A DNA stretch of 64,000 bases from an uncultured Nitrospiraceae bacterium (GCA_963706325.1 CAVPLT010000001.1:160001-224000); one strand, 5' to 3'; shown: positions 1 through 10,522, counted from the first letter of the stretch. The notes: generated by a model not told the origin, from the sequence alone. Program-made: numbers and translations.

Positions 1-218
1 GAAGGGATGACGCGCGAGCATTCGAGAAGCGCCAAGAACAGCGAAGAGATGACGAGCGAGCATTCGAGAAGCGCCAACAGCAAGTAAGTGACGACAAGCG
101 TGCCGGTGAGCACCGTCATCAAAAGAAACGAGATGACAAGCGGGGTCATGAGAAACGCCTACAACAGCAAAAAGAGGAGGAGCGGGCGTGCGAGAAGCAC
201 CAAGTGGAGAACCCCTAG
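1..218 (+). CDS. 3' end of a highly charged protein with ~14-aa repeats (partial, not in ORF track)
   Basis: Frame starting at base 3 is open to TAG at 216-218: RDDARAFEKRQEQR/RDDERAFEKRQQQV/SDDKRAGEHRHQKK/RDDKRGHEKRLQQQ/KEEERACEKHQVENP; 42-bp periodicity. Confidence 0.6.
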   Translation, partial: RDDARAFEKRQEQRRDDERAFEKRQQQVSDDKRAGEHRHQKKRDDKRGHEKRLQQQKEEERACEKHQVENP

Positions 219-241
219 ACTTACTACCATGCTCTCTCAGA

Positions 242-712
242 CTAGACCACGCCGCCTTGTCGCTTCCATTCTCGCATCGCCTGAAACGCCTCACCCGGCA
301 GCACCTGATGGTGCGTCATGTGCCCTCCTTGCCCCATTGCACATACCTCTTCGTACAGGGCTTGATCGCCAAATCCAACCTGTTCCGCTCTCGCCGACGA
401 GCAGCCGAAATAGATCGTACGGATGCCCGACCAGTAAATGGCACTCAGACACATGGGACAGGGTTGACAGGACGCATAGATGACACACTGCCCGAGTTCA
501 GTTGTGGCCGCTTTCCGACACGCTCTCCGTATGGCAACGATTTCAGCATGGGCCGTCGGGTCCTTGTCGAGCATCGTGCGGTTAAATCCGCGAGCGATGA
601 TTCTTCCGCCAGATACAATCACGGCCCCGAATGGTCGTCCGTTTGGCCTGCCCGCTTGACTTCGTGCCAGTTGAATCGCAAGGCGCATGAATATGGAGTG
701 CTGACTTCTCAT
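242..712 (-). CDS. Zn-dependent nucleoside/guanine deaminase (cytidine deaminase fold, GuaD-like)
   Basis: PFGAVIV, HAEIVAIR and PCPMC motifs. Confidence 0.85.
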   Translation of the reverse strand: MRSQHSIFMRLAIQLARSQAGRPNGRPFGAVIVSGGRIIARGFNRTMLDKDPTAHAEIVAIRRACRKAATTELGQCVIYASCQPCPMCLSAIYWSGIRTIYFGCSSARAEQVGFGDQALYEEVCAMGQGGHMTHHQVLPGEAFQAMREWKRQGGVV

Positions 713-911
713 ATCTCTGTCTCACCTTGATCTGAAATTGTCGGTTAATATCACTTGCAGGTGGGCTGAAGAAGAAGCCGCCAAAGGTGAGGTGGAGTAG
801 GAGATCGAGGGCTTAATACAGGGCATTCACTGTAGCGTCAATGTGCCCTGCCAAGAGTGCTTAGTTGTTAATTTTCTCGGCACGAAGTCGTAGCGAGGAG
901 TGAAGAGCCCA

Positions 912-937
912 GAGGGTGGCCTTACGGCCACCCTTCT
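912..937. terminator. GC-rich hairpin, probable terminator for the DUF1579 gene
   Basis: AGGGTGGCC-TTAC-GGCCACCCT inverted repeat. Confidence 0.5.
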
Positions 938-1027
938 CGTGAGGTGAACGCTAAAAGGTATCAGGCTTTTTCAAGAAACTCCTGTCCCCGCGTCTCGGAT
1001 CCGGATCGAAATCCCACAGAATAATTT

Positions 1028-1615
1028 CTAGGACTTTCTCGTGTAGGTGATTTCCATCATCTGCTCTTCCTGGCCGCCTTTCTCGTCGGTGCCGTACATT
1101 TCAAAAACATGGGATTTCTCATCGAGGATCTTCAGGACCGAGCGCAGTTTCATATGGCCTCGCAGCGGACACATGTACTCGCCTTGTTGAGTGATGATCT
1201 TCGCATCCCCCGCTGTGCCTTCCATCACATGCAGCGTGGTGGCCATGTTATCCATCCAAGTGCTCGTATATTTCTTGGAAGTGTTGTCGTAGCCCGTGAT
1301 GCCCATGCCTTCAAACTGCTTCCCCATCATCTCGCCCGTGCACTTCTGCTTCAAGAAGCGTCCGTCCATGACCATCTTGTACTCACAACTTCCCGTGGTT
1401 TCCATCGGAGGCTTATTCGGCTCAACCCACGATTTGGTCTTCGTATCCCACTTGCCTTCCAAGCTTGCCATCTGCTTGTGCTGTTCGCCTGGGGCCCCTG
1501 CCTTCTCAAACTTTTCCATCATTACTTTCATGTCCGGCTTCTGCTCATCGGCCACCGCCAATGAGGCCGAAAGCATTATTCCTAAACCCATGAGCATCAT
1601 CCTCGCGAATCGCAT
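1028..1615 (-). CDS. Exported DUF1579-family protein
   Basis: Signal peptide; PGEQHKQMASLEGKW, GITGYDN, YTSTWMDNM and MEITYTR motifs. Confidence 0.8.
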   Translation of the reverse strand: MRFARMMLMGLGIMLSASLAVADEQKPDMKVMMEKFEKAGAPGEQHKQMASLEGKWDTKTKSWVEPNKPPMETTGSCEYKMVMDGRFLKQKCTGEMMGKQFEGMGITGYDNTSKKYTSTWMDNMATTLHVMEGTAGDAKIITQQGEYMCPLRGHMKLRSVLKILDEKSHVFEMYGTDEKGGQEEQMMEITYTRKS

Positions 1616-2219
1616 TACTGTCTCCTTTGTAAGGGTTGATTAAACGGTGAGACCTAGTCTAATTGGGCATCGACGCCCCGCATATGTAAGTAACTGCGCC
1701 TGAGCATTACCCTGTTTGTGTGAAGATAGAATTGCCAGCCGGCCACAGAAAATACTTTTGGCCATTCGAGAGATAGACCTTCTCAACGCATTTCAATCTA
1801 CAAAGCGAAGGCTCTGATTAGGTTTCTTTTTATCTGGCGAGAGGAATACTTCTTACTAGGGAAAGCCATAGTTCTTCGCTGAGGTTGTCTGCCCCAATCC
1901 AGTGCCCATCGCGATACGCGCCGCTGGTCAGCGATTACGGTCAAAGACGCTTCCTTAGGGAGAGATATTCCAGGGCCCTCCCCAGTGGTGCCTGACGTCG
2001 GTATCGCACAATAGCCCTGGTTGTGACAGGTCAATGATGACGAGCAATTACTCCCACGGCGGGCACGGCTGGAACTTGAAACTGTGGGCGGATGTTTCCC
2101 TACTATAAACTGCGTACTCTTGCCTCAATTTGTGCTATAACTTGCCCTACAGGACAGATGCGCTAGAAATCGCAAAGGCGAGAAAATCGGTTAACCCATC
2201 GGAAGATCAGGGGAAAAGT

Positions 2220-2297
2220 TGGTGGTCCCAACGGGATTTGAACCCGTGTCTGAGCCTTGAGAGGGCTCCGTCCTAGGCCAAGCTAGACGATGGGACC
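2220..2297 (-). tRNA. tRNA-Glu (anticodon CTC)
   Basis: Reverse complement GGTCCCATCGTCTAG...CT-CTC-AA...GGTTCAAATCC...ACCA forms a cloverleaf with encoded CCA. Confidence 0.95.
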
Positions 2298-2458
2298 GAT
2301 AAGACATTCCAACCGAACGTCGGCAAGGAGGGAACTGTACCATAGCGAGTTTTCTCTTTTCAAACGGCAAGTGGAATATGGACGAGGTGCCTCAGGCTAC
2401 GTTGAGTTTGCCGGACATGCCGCTTGCGCCGACCTGTTAAGTAGACTAGAGTAGTTTT

Positions 2459-2902
2459 ATGTCCTCTTTGTCTCAATGTGCGACTGGCACTCGAATCCTA
2501 CTGACCTCAGGAATGGTTTCAGCATTTCTTGCGCTAGCGGGATGCGGAGCCAGCTTTCTGGAAGGAACCATTGCGCCCCCCTATTCAAGCGCCTGGACCA
2601 AATGCGGCACCACCAGTAAGGTGCGCGTCAAGCCTTCCCACTCCTCTGTCACCATTTCCTACACTGAGCCTACAACTGGCACCGACGGAAAACCCCTGAA
2701 GAACCTCTCCCACACGACGATTTACTACAATACCGGTGACGGGCCCGTGATCGCCAAGGTTATTCCTGCTTCACAGAAGAGCGGAGGGGGATCAGTATCT
2801 CAAACTGTCTCCATCCCTGTGCAAAGCCAGCAAGAGCAGGAGGTCACGGTGTGTGTGTCAGCGACCGATGACGATGACCGTGAAGGCCCTGCCTCTCCCT
2901 AG
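2459..2902 (+). CDS. Putative lipoprotein with fibronectin type III-like beta-sandwich
   Basis: Lipobox LAGC; 'EPTTGTDGKPLKNLSHTTIYY' and 'VSATD..REG' resemble FnIII-like proteins. Confidence 0.6.
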   Translation: MSSLSQCATGTRILLTSGMVSAFLALAGCGASFLEGTIAPPYSSAWTKCGTTSKVRVKPSHSSVTISYTEPTTGTDGKPLKNLSHTTIYYNTGDGPVIAKVIPASQKSGGGSVSQTVSIPVQSQQEQEVTVCVSATDDDDREGPASP

Positions 2903-2922
2903 CTCCACATCCCACAACAGAC

Positions 2923-2951
2923 TTGACAGCGCCTCTGTAACAGCCTACCTT
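2923..2951 (+). promoter_or_regulatory. Putative sigma70 promoter
   Basis: TTGACA-17 nt-TACCTT upstream of the 3031 ORF. Confidence 0.45.
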
Positions 2952-3030
2952 TCTCACCACTTATTCGGGCGAAACAGAGTGCTCGAATACCTCTTTCAAC
3001 GGATCGTCAGGTCGCCCTAGTTCGGCACGC

Positions 3031-3555
3031 ATGGAACTAAGAAAACCGGAGACATCAAGTCTTCCCCACCATACCGAATCGGATCACATCAAGCACAGCC
3101 TCGAAATCCGCCTCGGCAGCAACATTTTCCGCAACACGAACGGTGTCCTCCGCGTGCAAGGCAAAGAACAGCTTGTCCTCGAGCTCAGTCCCGATCACGA
3201 TCGCATCCTGCTCACTATCGATTTGTACGACGGCAGCGGCAATCATGTAGCGCACCTCCGTCGCAATCGCTGGGCATTCAACGACGGCGCCCGCTTCATC
3301 CTCAGCACGAGTGAATCCCCGCCGACCCTGTTCCCTAATCTGCCTTGGTTAAAGGTGACGGAGCAGGAAACCGGTGACACGGTACTTGAAGCCGCTCTGG
3401 CACCGGGGGAGAAAATTCAGGTGGCCACAGGGAAGTTCTACTCGCATCGCGGCCAACTCATCGAAATCACTTCTCATTTCTGCCGGGTCGGCTCTACCCA
3501 CACGCTCTTCGGTGAGGTATTCGAAGCGCGCGGCGGGACTGCGGTGCTCGGCTGA
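3031..3555 (+). CDS. Hypothetical protein (beta-rich)
   Basis: 174-aa ORF with plausible composition and an upstream promoter. Confidence 0.7.
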   Translation: MELRKPETSSLPHHTESDHIKHSLEIRLGSNIFRNTNGVLRVQGKEQLVLELSPDHDRILLTIDLYDGSGNHVAHLRRNRWAFNDGARFILSTSESPPTLFPNLPWLKVTEQETGDTVLEAALAPGEKIQVATGKFYSHRGQLIEITSHFCRVGSTHTLFGEVFEARGGTAVLG

Positions 3556-3570
3556 GGAGAGTCGGTTGGC

Positions 3571-3977
3571 ATGAACCACATCTGCACGACCACTGTGCAC
3601 GCCTTCTTGGTCTGCGACTGCGTCATTGAAGACAGCCTGACGAAAAATCTTTTTTAGGCATCTTCACTCACATCCAGCTTTGTCGTTTCCTTTTCAGCAC
3701 CCACAATTGGGCTTGTACTTTTGCATGACCGACGCTGTGGGAACCTACAAATTCGATATCGACCTCGTGTACGTGAGAAGCCATCAACTCATTTGCTGCG
3801 CCGCACTTCCCACATCGTCATTGGCGACCGCTTACAGATTTCCGATTTCGGCACCAATATTCCCCCCCTCGTGTTTCCGGCCCCCGGCCGCTATGATTTC
3901 GCTTGCGCTCGGACGGCCATGTGATCGCACAAAAAGATTTCAATGTCATCCAGCTGTCGGCGCCGGCCAACAACTAG
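3571..3977 (+). pseudogene. Multiply frameshifted DUF6941-like gene
   Basis: Segments in different frames join into one protein: AFLVCDCVIEDSLTK / GIFTHI / FPFQHPQLGLYFCMTDAVGTYKFDIDLVY / IVIGDRLQISDFGTNIPPLVFPAPGRYDF / RSDGHVIAQKDFNVIQL. RBS GAGGAG upstream. Confidence 0.65.
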
Positions 3978-4081
3978 CGTATCCACGCCACAACTGATTT
4001 GGGGTGCGGCTATTTGATTGGACTCAACGATGCGGAATAGGCAGACTCAAAGGGAAGCAGTACCTTCGCGAGAGGATTCGT

Positions 4082-5260
4082 TCAGAACGCGGTGGCGCTT
4101 GCCAAACAGGCGTCGACGTACTCGTCTTCGCCTTTGCGGCAGGCTTGCGCCCGTTTGCCTTTATCGTCGAAGAGAGGTACTACCATTTCGCCAATAGTGG
4201 CATAGCAGTCTTTCTTGAAGGGTCCCTCCAGGCTTCGGCATAGCGCGAGGCCCGGATCTGGGCTGGCATCGGTGAGTATAAAATCCTTGACCGCGCCGAT
4301 GAAACATTGCCGCACTTGATCGCCCTGCCCGAGTCGGCAGAGCTCATTGACCCGGCCGGCGTCGCGCAACGTAAAGCCGCTGATGTCTCGACCCAGGCTT
4401 CTGTAACACGTCGTCTGATGCTCTCCTTCCACGCGAGCACACTGGGAGAAGGCCTGAGCAAAATCATAATTCAGGAACGTCAACACCGCGGAGGTCTGCA
4501 TCAGATAACAGGCGCGCAGATATTTTTCGTTCAGGACGGAACAGGGATACAACAGGTCTTGTGGATTCAAAAAACTCGTCGCCTCGTGGTGATGGTGCCC
4601 GCCGGACGGTGCGGCCCGTCGGGCCTGCTGGAACGTGACAATATTCTCCATAAACACACCGCCATAACACGACTCGCGATCCCAAGGCCCTTGCAATGCG
4701 TCGCAAAAGGCCAGACTTTTGAGCAGATCATAGCGGAATTGAATGGTCAAACCATGACCGAGACCATGCAAACAGTTGTACCGCTGAAAGGAATAGGCGG
4801 ACACCGTTTCGCTGGTGGGGCAAAGAGGCAAAATATGCTGAGGTTCGACTTCGGATAGGCTGCTCAGGAAACCCTGTAACACACCATGGTAACAACCGGA
4901 CCAGAACACGTCTCGGCAATGCGACAGGGCGAGCGGAGCCGTCCCATACCGCGCGAACGACCGTTGCCCAATATGGTGGACCAGTGGATGCGCTTCACGC
5001 ATCGCCTCGGGGTCTTGCGCGGTGATCTGTTCCAGCGCCGTGAGAGCCTGCTCCGTGCCCTCCGTCTCGAGGACACTTTCAAGATGCCGTTGATAGCACG
5101 GCATCTTCGCATCAAAAGCCAGCGTACGACAAACATCCGAAGAGGCAAGCTCTTCCGCCTGGATTCCACCGACGCAAAAGATGCCAAGCCATAGTACGAG
5201 CATCCACCTCTGCCATCGACATGTCACAATCCAGTCTCCTTCAAATAATCGGCCACACAT
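4082..5260 (-). CDS. Secreted Cys/His-rich repeat protein (true start probably downstream of 5260)
   Basis: Signal peptide; motifs HPLVHHIG, CYHGV, CLHGLGHG, CYGGVFME; regularly spaced Cys. Confidence 0.75.
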   Translation of the reverse strand: MCGRLFEGDWIVTCRWQRWMLVLWLGIFCVGGIQAEELASSDVCRTLAFDAKMPCYQRHLESVLETEGTEQALTALEQITAQDPEAMREAHPLVHHIGQRSFARYGTAPLALSHCRDVFWSGCYHGVLQGFLSSLSEVEPQHILPLCPTSETVSAYSFQRYNCLHGLGHGLTIQFRYDLLKSLAFCDALQGPWDRESCYGGVFMENIVTFQQARRAAPSGGHHHHEATSFLNPQDLLYPCSVLNEKYLRACYLMQTSAVLTFLNYDFAQAFSQCARVEGEHQTTCYRSLGRDISGFTLRDAGRVNELCRLGQGDQVRQCFIGAVKDFILTDASPDPGLALCRSLEGPFKKDCYATIGEMVVPLFDDKGKRAQACRKGEDEYVDACLASATAF

Positions 5261-5426
5261 TCAATACGCGTCAGAAACTTTGATTCTAAGATAGACTATT
5301 CAACCGATCCACCAAAATGTGACTCGACACGGCAGCCCCGATCTGTGCCCCCTCTTCTCCCGCCCCGCTATTCTGTGATAGAACCATGCGCGTTTCGTCG
5401 TTCGCTCCCCACGGAACACCACGACC

Positions 5427-7130
5427 ATGTCCACTGATCCATTATCTTTCGCGCGCACCGATTTCATTCGTGAGATCGTGGCTAGCGACCGCGCGGCCGG
5501 TAAACATGCCGGCCGGGTCGTCACCCGCTTCCCCCCGGAACCCAACGGCTATCTCCATATCGGTCATGCCAAATCGATTTGCCTGAACTTCGGTATCGCC
5601 AACGAGAATCCAGGCGGAATCTGCCATCTCCGCATGGATGATACCAACCCGACGACTGAAGATCTTGAATTTGTGCAAGCCATTCAGGACGATGTCCGAT
5701 GGCTCGGATTCGACTGGCAAGACAAAATGTTTTTCGCCTCCGACTACTTTGAGCGCCTCTATGCATACGCGGTGGCGTTGATCAGGAAAAACTGCGCCTA
5801 TGTGGACAGCCTCTCTGCCGACGAAATGCGCCGATATCGAGGCACGTTGACTGAGCCGGGCCAGGCTAGTCCGTTTCGCACGCGAGGCCTGGAAGAAAAC
5901 CTCGACCTCTTTCGCCGGATGCGCGCGGGGGAATTCCCTGACGGCACACATGTGCTCCGCGCCAAGATCGACATGGCCTCGCCGAACATCAATCTCCGTG
6001 ATCCCGTGCTGTATCGCATCAGACATGTCGCGCACTATCGCACCGGCACAACCTGGTGCATCTATCCGGCATATGATTTCGCGCATCCGCTCTCTGATGC
6101 TATCGAAGGCATCACCCATTCAATTTGCACGTTGGAATTCGAAGACCATCGGCCGTTGTATGACTGGGTGGTCGAACAGTGCGAGACTCCGCAACGCCCG
6201 CAGCAAATCGAGTTTGCCCGGTTGAATGTCAGCTTCACGGTCATGAGCAAGAGAAAATTGCTCGACCTGGTGGAGCGCAAGCTGGTCATGGGCTGGGACG
6301 ATCCGCGTCTCCCCACGCTGAAGGGTCTGCGGCGCCGCGGATTCACTCCCGAGGCTCTGCGCGCGTTCTGCGACGCGATCGGTGTGGCGAAGCGAGATGC
6401 CGTTGTGGAGATGCAGCTCCTGGAACATTTTGTTCGGGAAGACTTAAACAAGCGCGCCCCTCGAGTGATGGCCGTGCTCCGCCCCTTGCGCCTGGTTATC
6501 GAGAATTACCCTGAGGGTCAGGTCGAACAGCTTGACGCTGTCAACAATCCCGAAGATCCCTCTGCCGGCACACGTCAGGTGCCCTTCTCACGCACCATCT
6601 ACATTGACCAGGATGATTTCAAAGAGGATCCGCCGAAACAGTTTTTTCGCCTGACCCTGGGTCGTGAGGTGCGGTTGCGTTACGCGTACATCATTAAATG
6701 TGTCGGCCTGGTGAAAGACCCGGTCTCGGGGGAAGTGACGGAACTGCGGTGCACCTATGACCAGGAGACCCGAAGCGGTGGGCCACAGGCACAACGGAAG
6801 GTGAAAGCCACCATCCATTGGGTGTCAGCCCTCCATGCCGTCGATGCCGAGATACGGCTCTACGAAAGTTTGATGCTCACGGATCCCGGGAAAATTCCGC
6901 CCGATCAGGACTGGACCCAGCACCTCAATCCCCATTCTCTGGAGCGCCTGCCGGCCTGCAAAGTCGAGCCAAGCCTGGCCTCAATCGCCCCCGGCACCAG
7001 AGTCCAATTTGAACGGGTGGGGTACTTCTGTGCGGACCCCGATTCCTCTCCCGGCCAGCTCGTCTTTAATCGAACCGTCACTCTCAAAGACGCCTACGCT
7101 AAGATCGAAAAGGCTCAAGCTCTGCGGTAA
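5427..7130 (+). CDS. glnS: Glutaminyl-tRNA synthetase
   Basis: [28 protein letters not shown] and QFERVGYF motifs. Confidence 0.97.
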   Translation: MSTDPLSFARTDFIREIVASDRAAGKHAGRVVTRFPPEPNGYLHIGHAKSICLNFGIANENPGGICHLRMDDTNPTTEDLEFVQAIQDDVRWLGFDWQDKMFFASDYFERLYAYAVALIRKNCAYVDSLSADEMRRYRGTLTEPGQASPFRTRGLEENLDLFRRMRAGEFPDGTHVLRAKIDMASPNINLRDPVLYRIRHVAHYRTGTTWCIYPAYDFAHPLSDAIEGITHSICTLEFEDHRPLYDWVVEQCETPQRPQQIEFARLNVSFTVMSKRKLLDLVERKLVMGWDDPRLPTLKGLRRRGFTPEALRAFCDAIGVAKRDAVVEMQLLEHFVREDLNKRAPRVMAVLRPLRLVIENYPEGQVEQLDAVNNPEDPSAGTRQVPFSRTIYIDQDDFKEDPPKQFFRLTLGREVRLRYAYIIKCVGLVKDPVSGEVTELRCTYDQETRSGGPQAQRKVKATIHWVSALHAVDAEIRLYESLMLTDPGKIPPDQDWTQHLNPHSLERLPACKVEPSLASIAPGTRVQFERVGYFCADPDSSPGQLVFNRTVTLKDAYAKIEKAQALR

Positions 7131-7261
7131 CCAACTCCGCTCTCCTTCCCACGCAAAGTACTGGCACTCCAGCCTTCGGCAGCCTTGAACATCTCCTGGG
7201 CCATGGATGAAAATCACCACTCACGCCGCCGGCAACCATTTATCCATAACGGAGGCCCAAG

Positions 7262-7597
7262 ATGGTGACGCGATCAAGCTGTGAAAACCGAGAGTCCGAA
7301 GGCGCTTCATTCCGCGAATGCCTCTCACAGCTGGAAGCCGTTATTCCGGGCGCGGCCATTGACGTACAACCGCTACTCTTTCGCATCCACCAGTCCGCTC
7401 GTCGGCTCCATGATCAACTGCAGCGCATCGATACTGCCCCGCCGTTACCTCGCACCCTCGTCAGCCAAGTTCGCTGCTTTGATTGCGGAACGACCAACAT
7501 GGAATCTTTTCACAGCTCGACCCAAGGCGGTTACCATCTCTGTCCGACCTGCTTTCAGGACCGCTTACGCACTGGCCGCGCTAAGACCGCGCACTGA
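7262..7597 (+). CDS. Hypothetical protein with C-terminal Zn-finger-like CxxC...CxxC
   Basis: CFDC...CPTC; RBS GGAGG upstream. Confidence 0.6.
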   Translation: MVTRSSCENRESEGASFRECLSQLEAVIPGAAIDVQPLLFRIHQSARRLHDQLQRIDTAPPLPRTLVSQVRCFDCGTTNMESFHSSTQGGYHLCPTCFQDRLRTGRAKTAH

Positions 7598-7746
7598 CCT
7601 TCGCCTCCCGCTAGTGCTCGACAGACCCCACCACTCACACTATCGGTGACCTCGCAGATCAACAAGCCTGCCGAAGGCGCTAGCCCCCAGCCGCCCTTAC
7701 ACCGTATACTGCACTCTTTCCTTCTCTCACGTGAGGTATCTAGGTT

Positions 7747-9576
7747 ATGGCCCCGAACATTCTGTTGAGTTGCGAATCGATCAGCAAAAGCTATGGGGTC
7801 AGAGCGCTGTTCTCAGACCTGTCCTTGGCACTTTCCGACGGCGATCACGTGGGATTGATCGGGCCGAACGGATCCGGCAAATCGACATTGCTTAAGATCC
7901 TCATGGGGCTCGAATCTCCAGATGAAGGCACGCGCACCCTGCGTCGCCACACACGCGTCGGCTATGTTCCGCAGGAACCCACATTTCCCGCGCACCATAC
8001 GATTGAACAGGTGCTCCAAGACACGCTGTCAGAAGACGGCCACGATCCTCACGAGCAGGGTGGCCGGATCGCGAGGGCCCTCAGCATCGGCGCCTTTCCC
8101 GACGCCGAGCAAGCGGTCTCCACACTTTCAGGAGGCTGGCGTAAGCGATTGGCCATCACCCAGGCCTTGCTGCTCGAGCCCGATGTGTTGCTCATGGATG
8201 AGCCGACGAACCATTTGGACTTGGAAGGTATCCTCTGGCTGGAGCAACTGCTGAAGAACCGCACCAAAGCCTTTCTGGTCATCAGCCACGATCGCCGGTT
8301 TCTCGAATCGGTCACGTCCCGCATGGTGGAGCTCAATCGCTGCTACCCGGAAGGCCGGTTTGAAGCCCACGGCTGCTACAGCGATTTTCTCGAACAGCGC
8401 GATGCCGCGCTCCAAGCGCAGGCCGACTATCAGGCTTCGTTGGCCAATCGCGTCCGACGTGAAGTCGAATGGCTCCGCCGCGGCCCTAAAGCCCGCACAA
8501 CCAAAGCCAAAGGTCGGATTCAATCAGCAGGAAAGCTCATCGACGAATTGAACCAGGCCGAAGCTCGTGCAACACAGTCGACCATCGGCATCGACTTCTC
8601 CGCCTCGGGCCGAAAGTCCAAACAACTCGTGGTTGCACAGAAGGTCACCAAGAGTTTCAACGATATACCCGTGGTGACGAATCTCGACCTGCTCCTCGGC
8701 CCAGGACAGCGACTGGGCCTCCTGGGCCCCAACGGCAGCGGCAAGACCACGCTACTGCGGTTACTTGCCGGTACGCTGGAGCCCGACTCTGGAACGATCA
8801 CGCGGGCTGAGGCATTGCGCATCGTCTCCTTTGAACAACATCGCGAGTCCCTGGACCAAGCCATCAGCTTGCGACGCGCTTTGGCCCCTGCAGGCGATGC
8901 GGTCGTCTATCAAGATCGTTCGATCCATCTGGCCTCATGGGCAAAACGCTTTCTCTTCCGTCCCGAGCAGCTCGATCTCCCGGTGTCGCGGCTGTCCGGC
9001 GGCGAACAGGCTAGGCTTCTCATCGCCCGGCTCATGCTACAGCCCGCAGACCTGCTCATCCTCGACGAGCCGACCAATGACTTGGATATCCCGACCCTGG
9101 AGGTGCTGGAAGATAGCTTGCTTGAATTTTCCGGCGCGCTGGTACTCGTCACTCACGACCGATGGCTGTTGGACCGCGTATCAACCATACTGCTCGCCCT
9201 GGATGGTACGGGCCGCGTGGACTGGTTCGCCGATTATGCCCAATGGGAGATGGCACAGGAACGTAGCGGTTCTTCTAGTACTCTACCGGATGGCAAGAAT
9301 GCAGATCCGGAGACGCAACCCGACCGGGCGCGACGACCGAAAAAATTGAGTTACCGTGAGCAGAAGGAATCTAGCACGATTGAAGGGGATATTCTAAAAG
9401 CGGAAGCGCAGGTCGCCACATCCGAGGCCGCGATGAACGATCCCGTCGTGCTGTCCGATGCGACCGAACTGCAGGCGCGCCACGCGGCGTGGGTGGCGGC
9501 ACAGGCGGAAGTGGAACGTTTGTACGCCCGCTGGGCAGAGTTGGATCGCAACCTGGCGAAGCTGGCGAAGCCCTAG
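7747..9576 (+). CDS. uup: ABC-F family ATPase (Uup-like)
   Basis: Two ABC domains (GPNGSGKS/T, LSGG, DEPTN), linker GPKARTTK, C-terminal coiled coil. Confidence 0.88.
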   Translation: MAPNILLSCESISKSYGVRALFSDLSLALSDGDHVGLIGPNGSGKSTLLKILMGLESPDEGTRTLRRHTRVGYVPQEPTFPAHHTIEQVLQDTLSEDGHDPHEQGGRIARALSIGAFPDAEQAVSTLSGGWRKRLAITQALLLEPDVLLMDEPTNHLDLEGILWLEQLLKNRTKAFLVISHDRRFLESVTSRMVELNRCYPEGRFEAHGCYSDFLEQRDAALQAQADYQASLANRVRREVEWLRRGPKARTTKAKGRIQSAGKLIDELNQAEARATQSTIGIDFSASGRKSKQLVVAQKVTKSFNDIPVVTNLDLLLGPGQRLGLLGPNGSGKTTLLRLLAGTLEPDSGTITRAEALRIVSFEQHRESLDQAISLRRALAPAGDAVVYQDRSIHLASWAKRFLFRPEQLDLPVSRLSGGEQARLLIARLMLQPADLLILDEPTNDLDIPTLEVLEDSLLEFSGALVLVTHDRWLLDRVSTILLALDGTGRVDWFADYAQWEMAQERSGSSSTLPDGKNADPETQPDRARRPKKLSYREQKESSTIEGDILKAEAQVATSEAAMNDPVVLSDATELQARHAAWVAAQAEVERLYARWAELDRNLAKLAKP

Positions 9577-9654
9577 CGAGGATTCGCCGGCTCATGGGGT
9601 GGAGCCCCGACATGGCAGTCACGCCGTGACGGAGCCCCACCAATTCGAAGAAGT

Positions 9655-10170
9655 TCAGTGGCTTTCCTTGTGTTTGCCTTCATGCAAATCGATGACGGTC
9701 CCCGCCTCGTTCAGTTCCACCGTCACTTCCGCACCCTCAGCCAAAGCCTTGGTCTTGGTCTCTTGCAGCAAAAGTGGAAACGTTTTCTCCCCTTCCGCCG
9801 TCTGTAGCTTGATCTCTTTTTTCATCAATCCCACATGCACGAGCTTTCCTGTGACATGTTTATGCTTACCCTTTTCCCCCGCAAGATGGACGTCAATCAA
9901 CGTGTTGTTCTCATTGACGGTGAAATCCACCTTGTCACCGACCTTGAACTCACGACCTTGCCGATGAGCCTCCCGTTCGCTTAAAGAATAGGTAGACCCC
10001 GTCTCGTCCTTAATGGCCAAATTGCCAGCCTTCTCGACCACTTCCCCCTTGTAGTGTCGATGCCCTCCCGCGCCCTTGTCGTCTGCAAACGAGACTCCGA
10101 CCATGCCCAACACCACTACACCGCAGGCCACCACCGTAACCACGAACCCTGAGATTCGCTTCACACTCAT
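9655..10170 (-). CDS. Exported protein with two OB-fold-like repeats
   Basis: Signal peptide; duplicated V-x-F/V-x-V/L-NE-x-x-T-L/V-ID-V/L-H motif; RBS AGGAGG. Confidence 0.7.
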   Translation of the reverse strand: MSVKRISGFVVTVVACGVVVLGMVGVSFADDKGAGGHRHYKGEVVEKAGNLAIKDETGSTYSLSEREAHRQGREFKVGDKVDFTVNENNTLIDVHLAGEKGKHKHVTGKLVHVGLMKKEIKLQTAEGEKTFPLLLQETKTKALAEGAEVTVELNEAGTVIDLHEGKHKESH

Positions 10171-10321
10171 TTTAAGCCTCCTGGATTGAATGAATGAAAC
10201 CCGTCATCACCATGGTAATGATATTGCCGACGATAATCATGCTATTTTTAAGGCGAGCCTAAATGAAACAGGATGTATGATGAATGAATTGACTGTGACC
10301 GATGAGGCGTCGGAGAAATTG

Positions 10322-10395
10322 TGGCTGGGGGACTAGGAATCGAACCTAGGTAGCCGGCTCCAAAGGCCGGCGTCCTACCGCTAGACGATCCCCCA
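10322..10395 (-). tRNA. tRNA-Gln (anticodon TTG)
   Basis: Reverse complement TGGGGGATCGTCTAGCGGTAGGAC...CT-TTG-GA...GGTTCGATTCC...GCCA. Confidence 0.95.
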
Positions 10396-10448
10396 GCGCG
10401 GTACGGAACCAAGACGTCGAGCTGAAGAGTAACGCGTAGACAAGATTT

Positions 10449-10522
10449 TGGCTGGGGGACTAGGAATCGAACCTAGGTAGTCAGATCCAGAGACTGACGT
10501 CCTACCGCTAGACGATCCCCCA
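10449..10522 (-). tRNA. tRNA-Gln (anticodon CTG)
   Basis: Same body as the neighbouring tRNA with a different anticodon arm (CT-CTG-GA); CCA encoded. Confidence 0.95.

Noticed and set aside
1..90. Direct repeat GAGCATTCGAGAAGCGCCAA as a CRISPR remnant
   Set aside because: The period is 42 bp (a multiple of 3), the repeats degenerate in a codon-like manner within an open frame, and no cas genes are present.
713..1027. Purine riboswitch upstream of the deaminase
   Set aside because: Hairpins exist but I could not match the purine aptamer consensus; the strongest hairpin fits a terminator.
5442..6119. Long antisense or alternate-frame ORFs over core genes (also e.g. 10597-11223, 22489-23130, 46326-47051, 57040-57906)
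   Set aside because: Shadow ORFs expected in GC-rich coding DNA; no recognisable motifs.
10322..10522. Duplicated tRNA sequence as attL/attR
   Set aside because: Both copies are complete tRNA-Gln isoacceptors only 53 nt apart.
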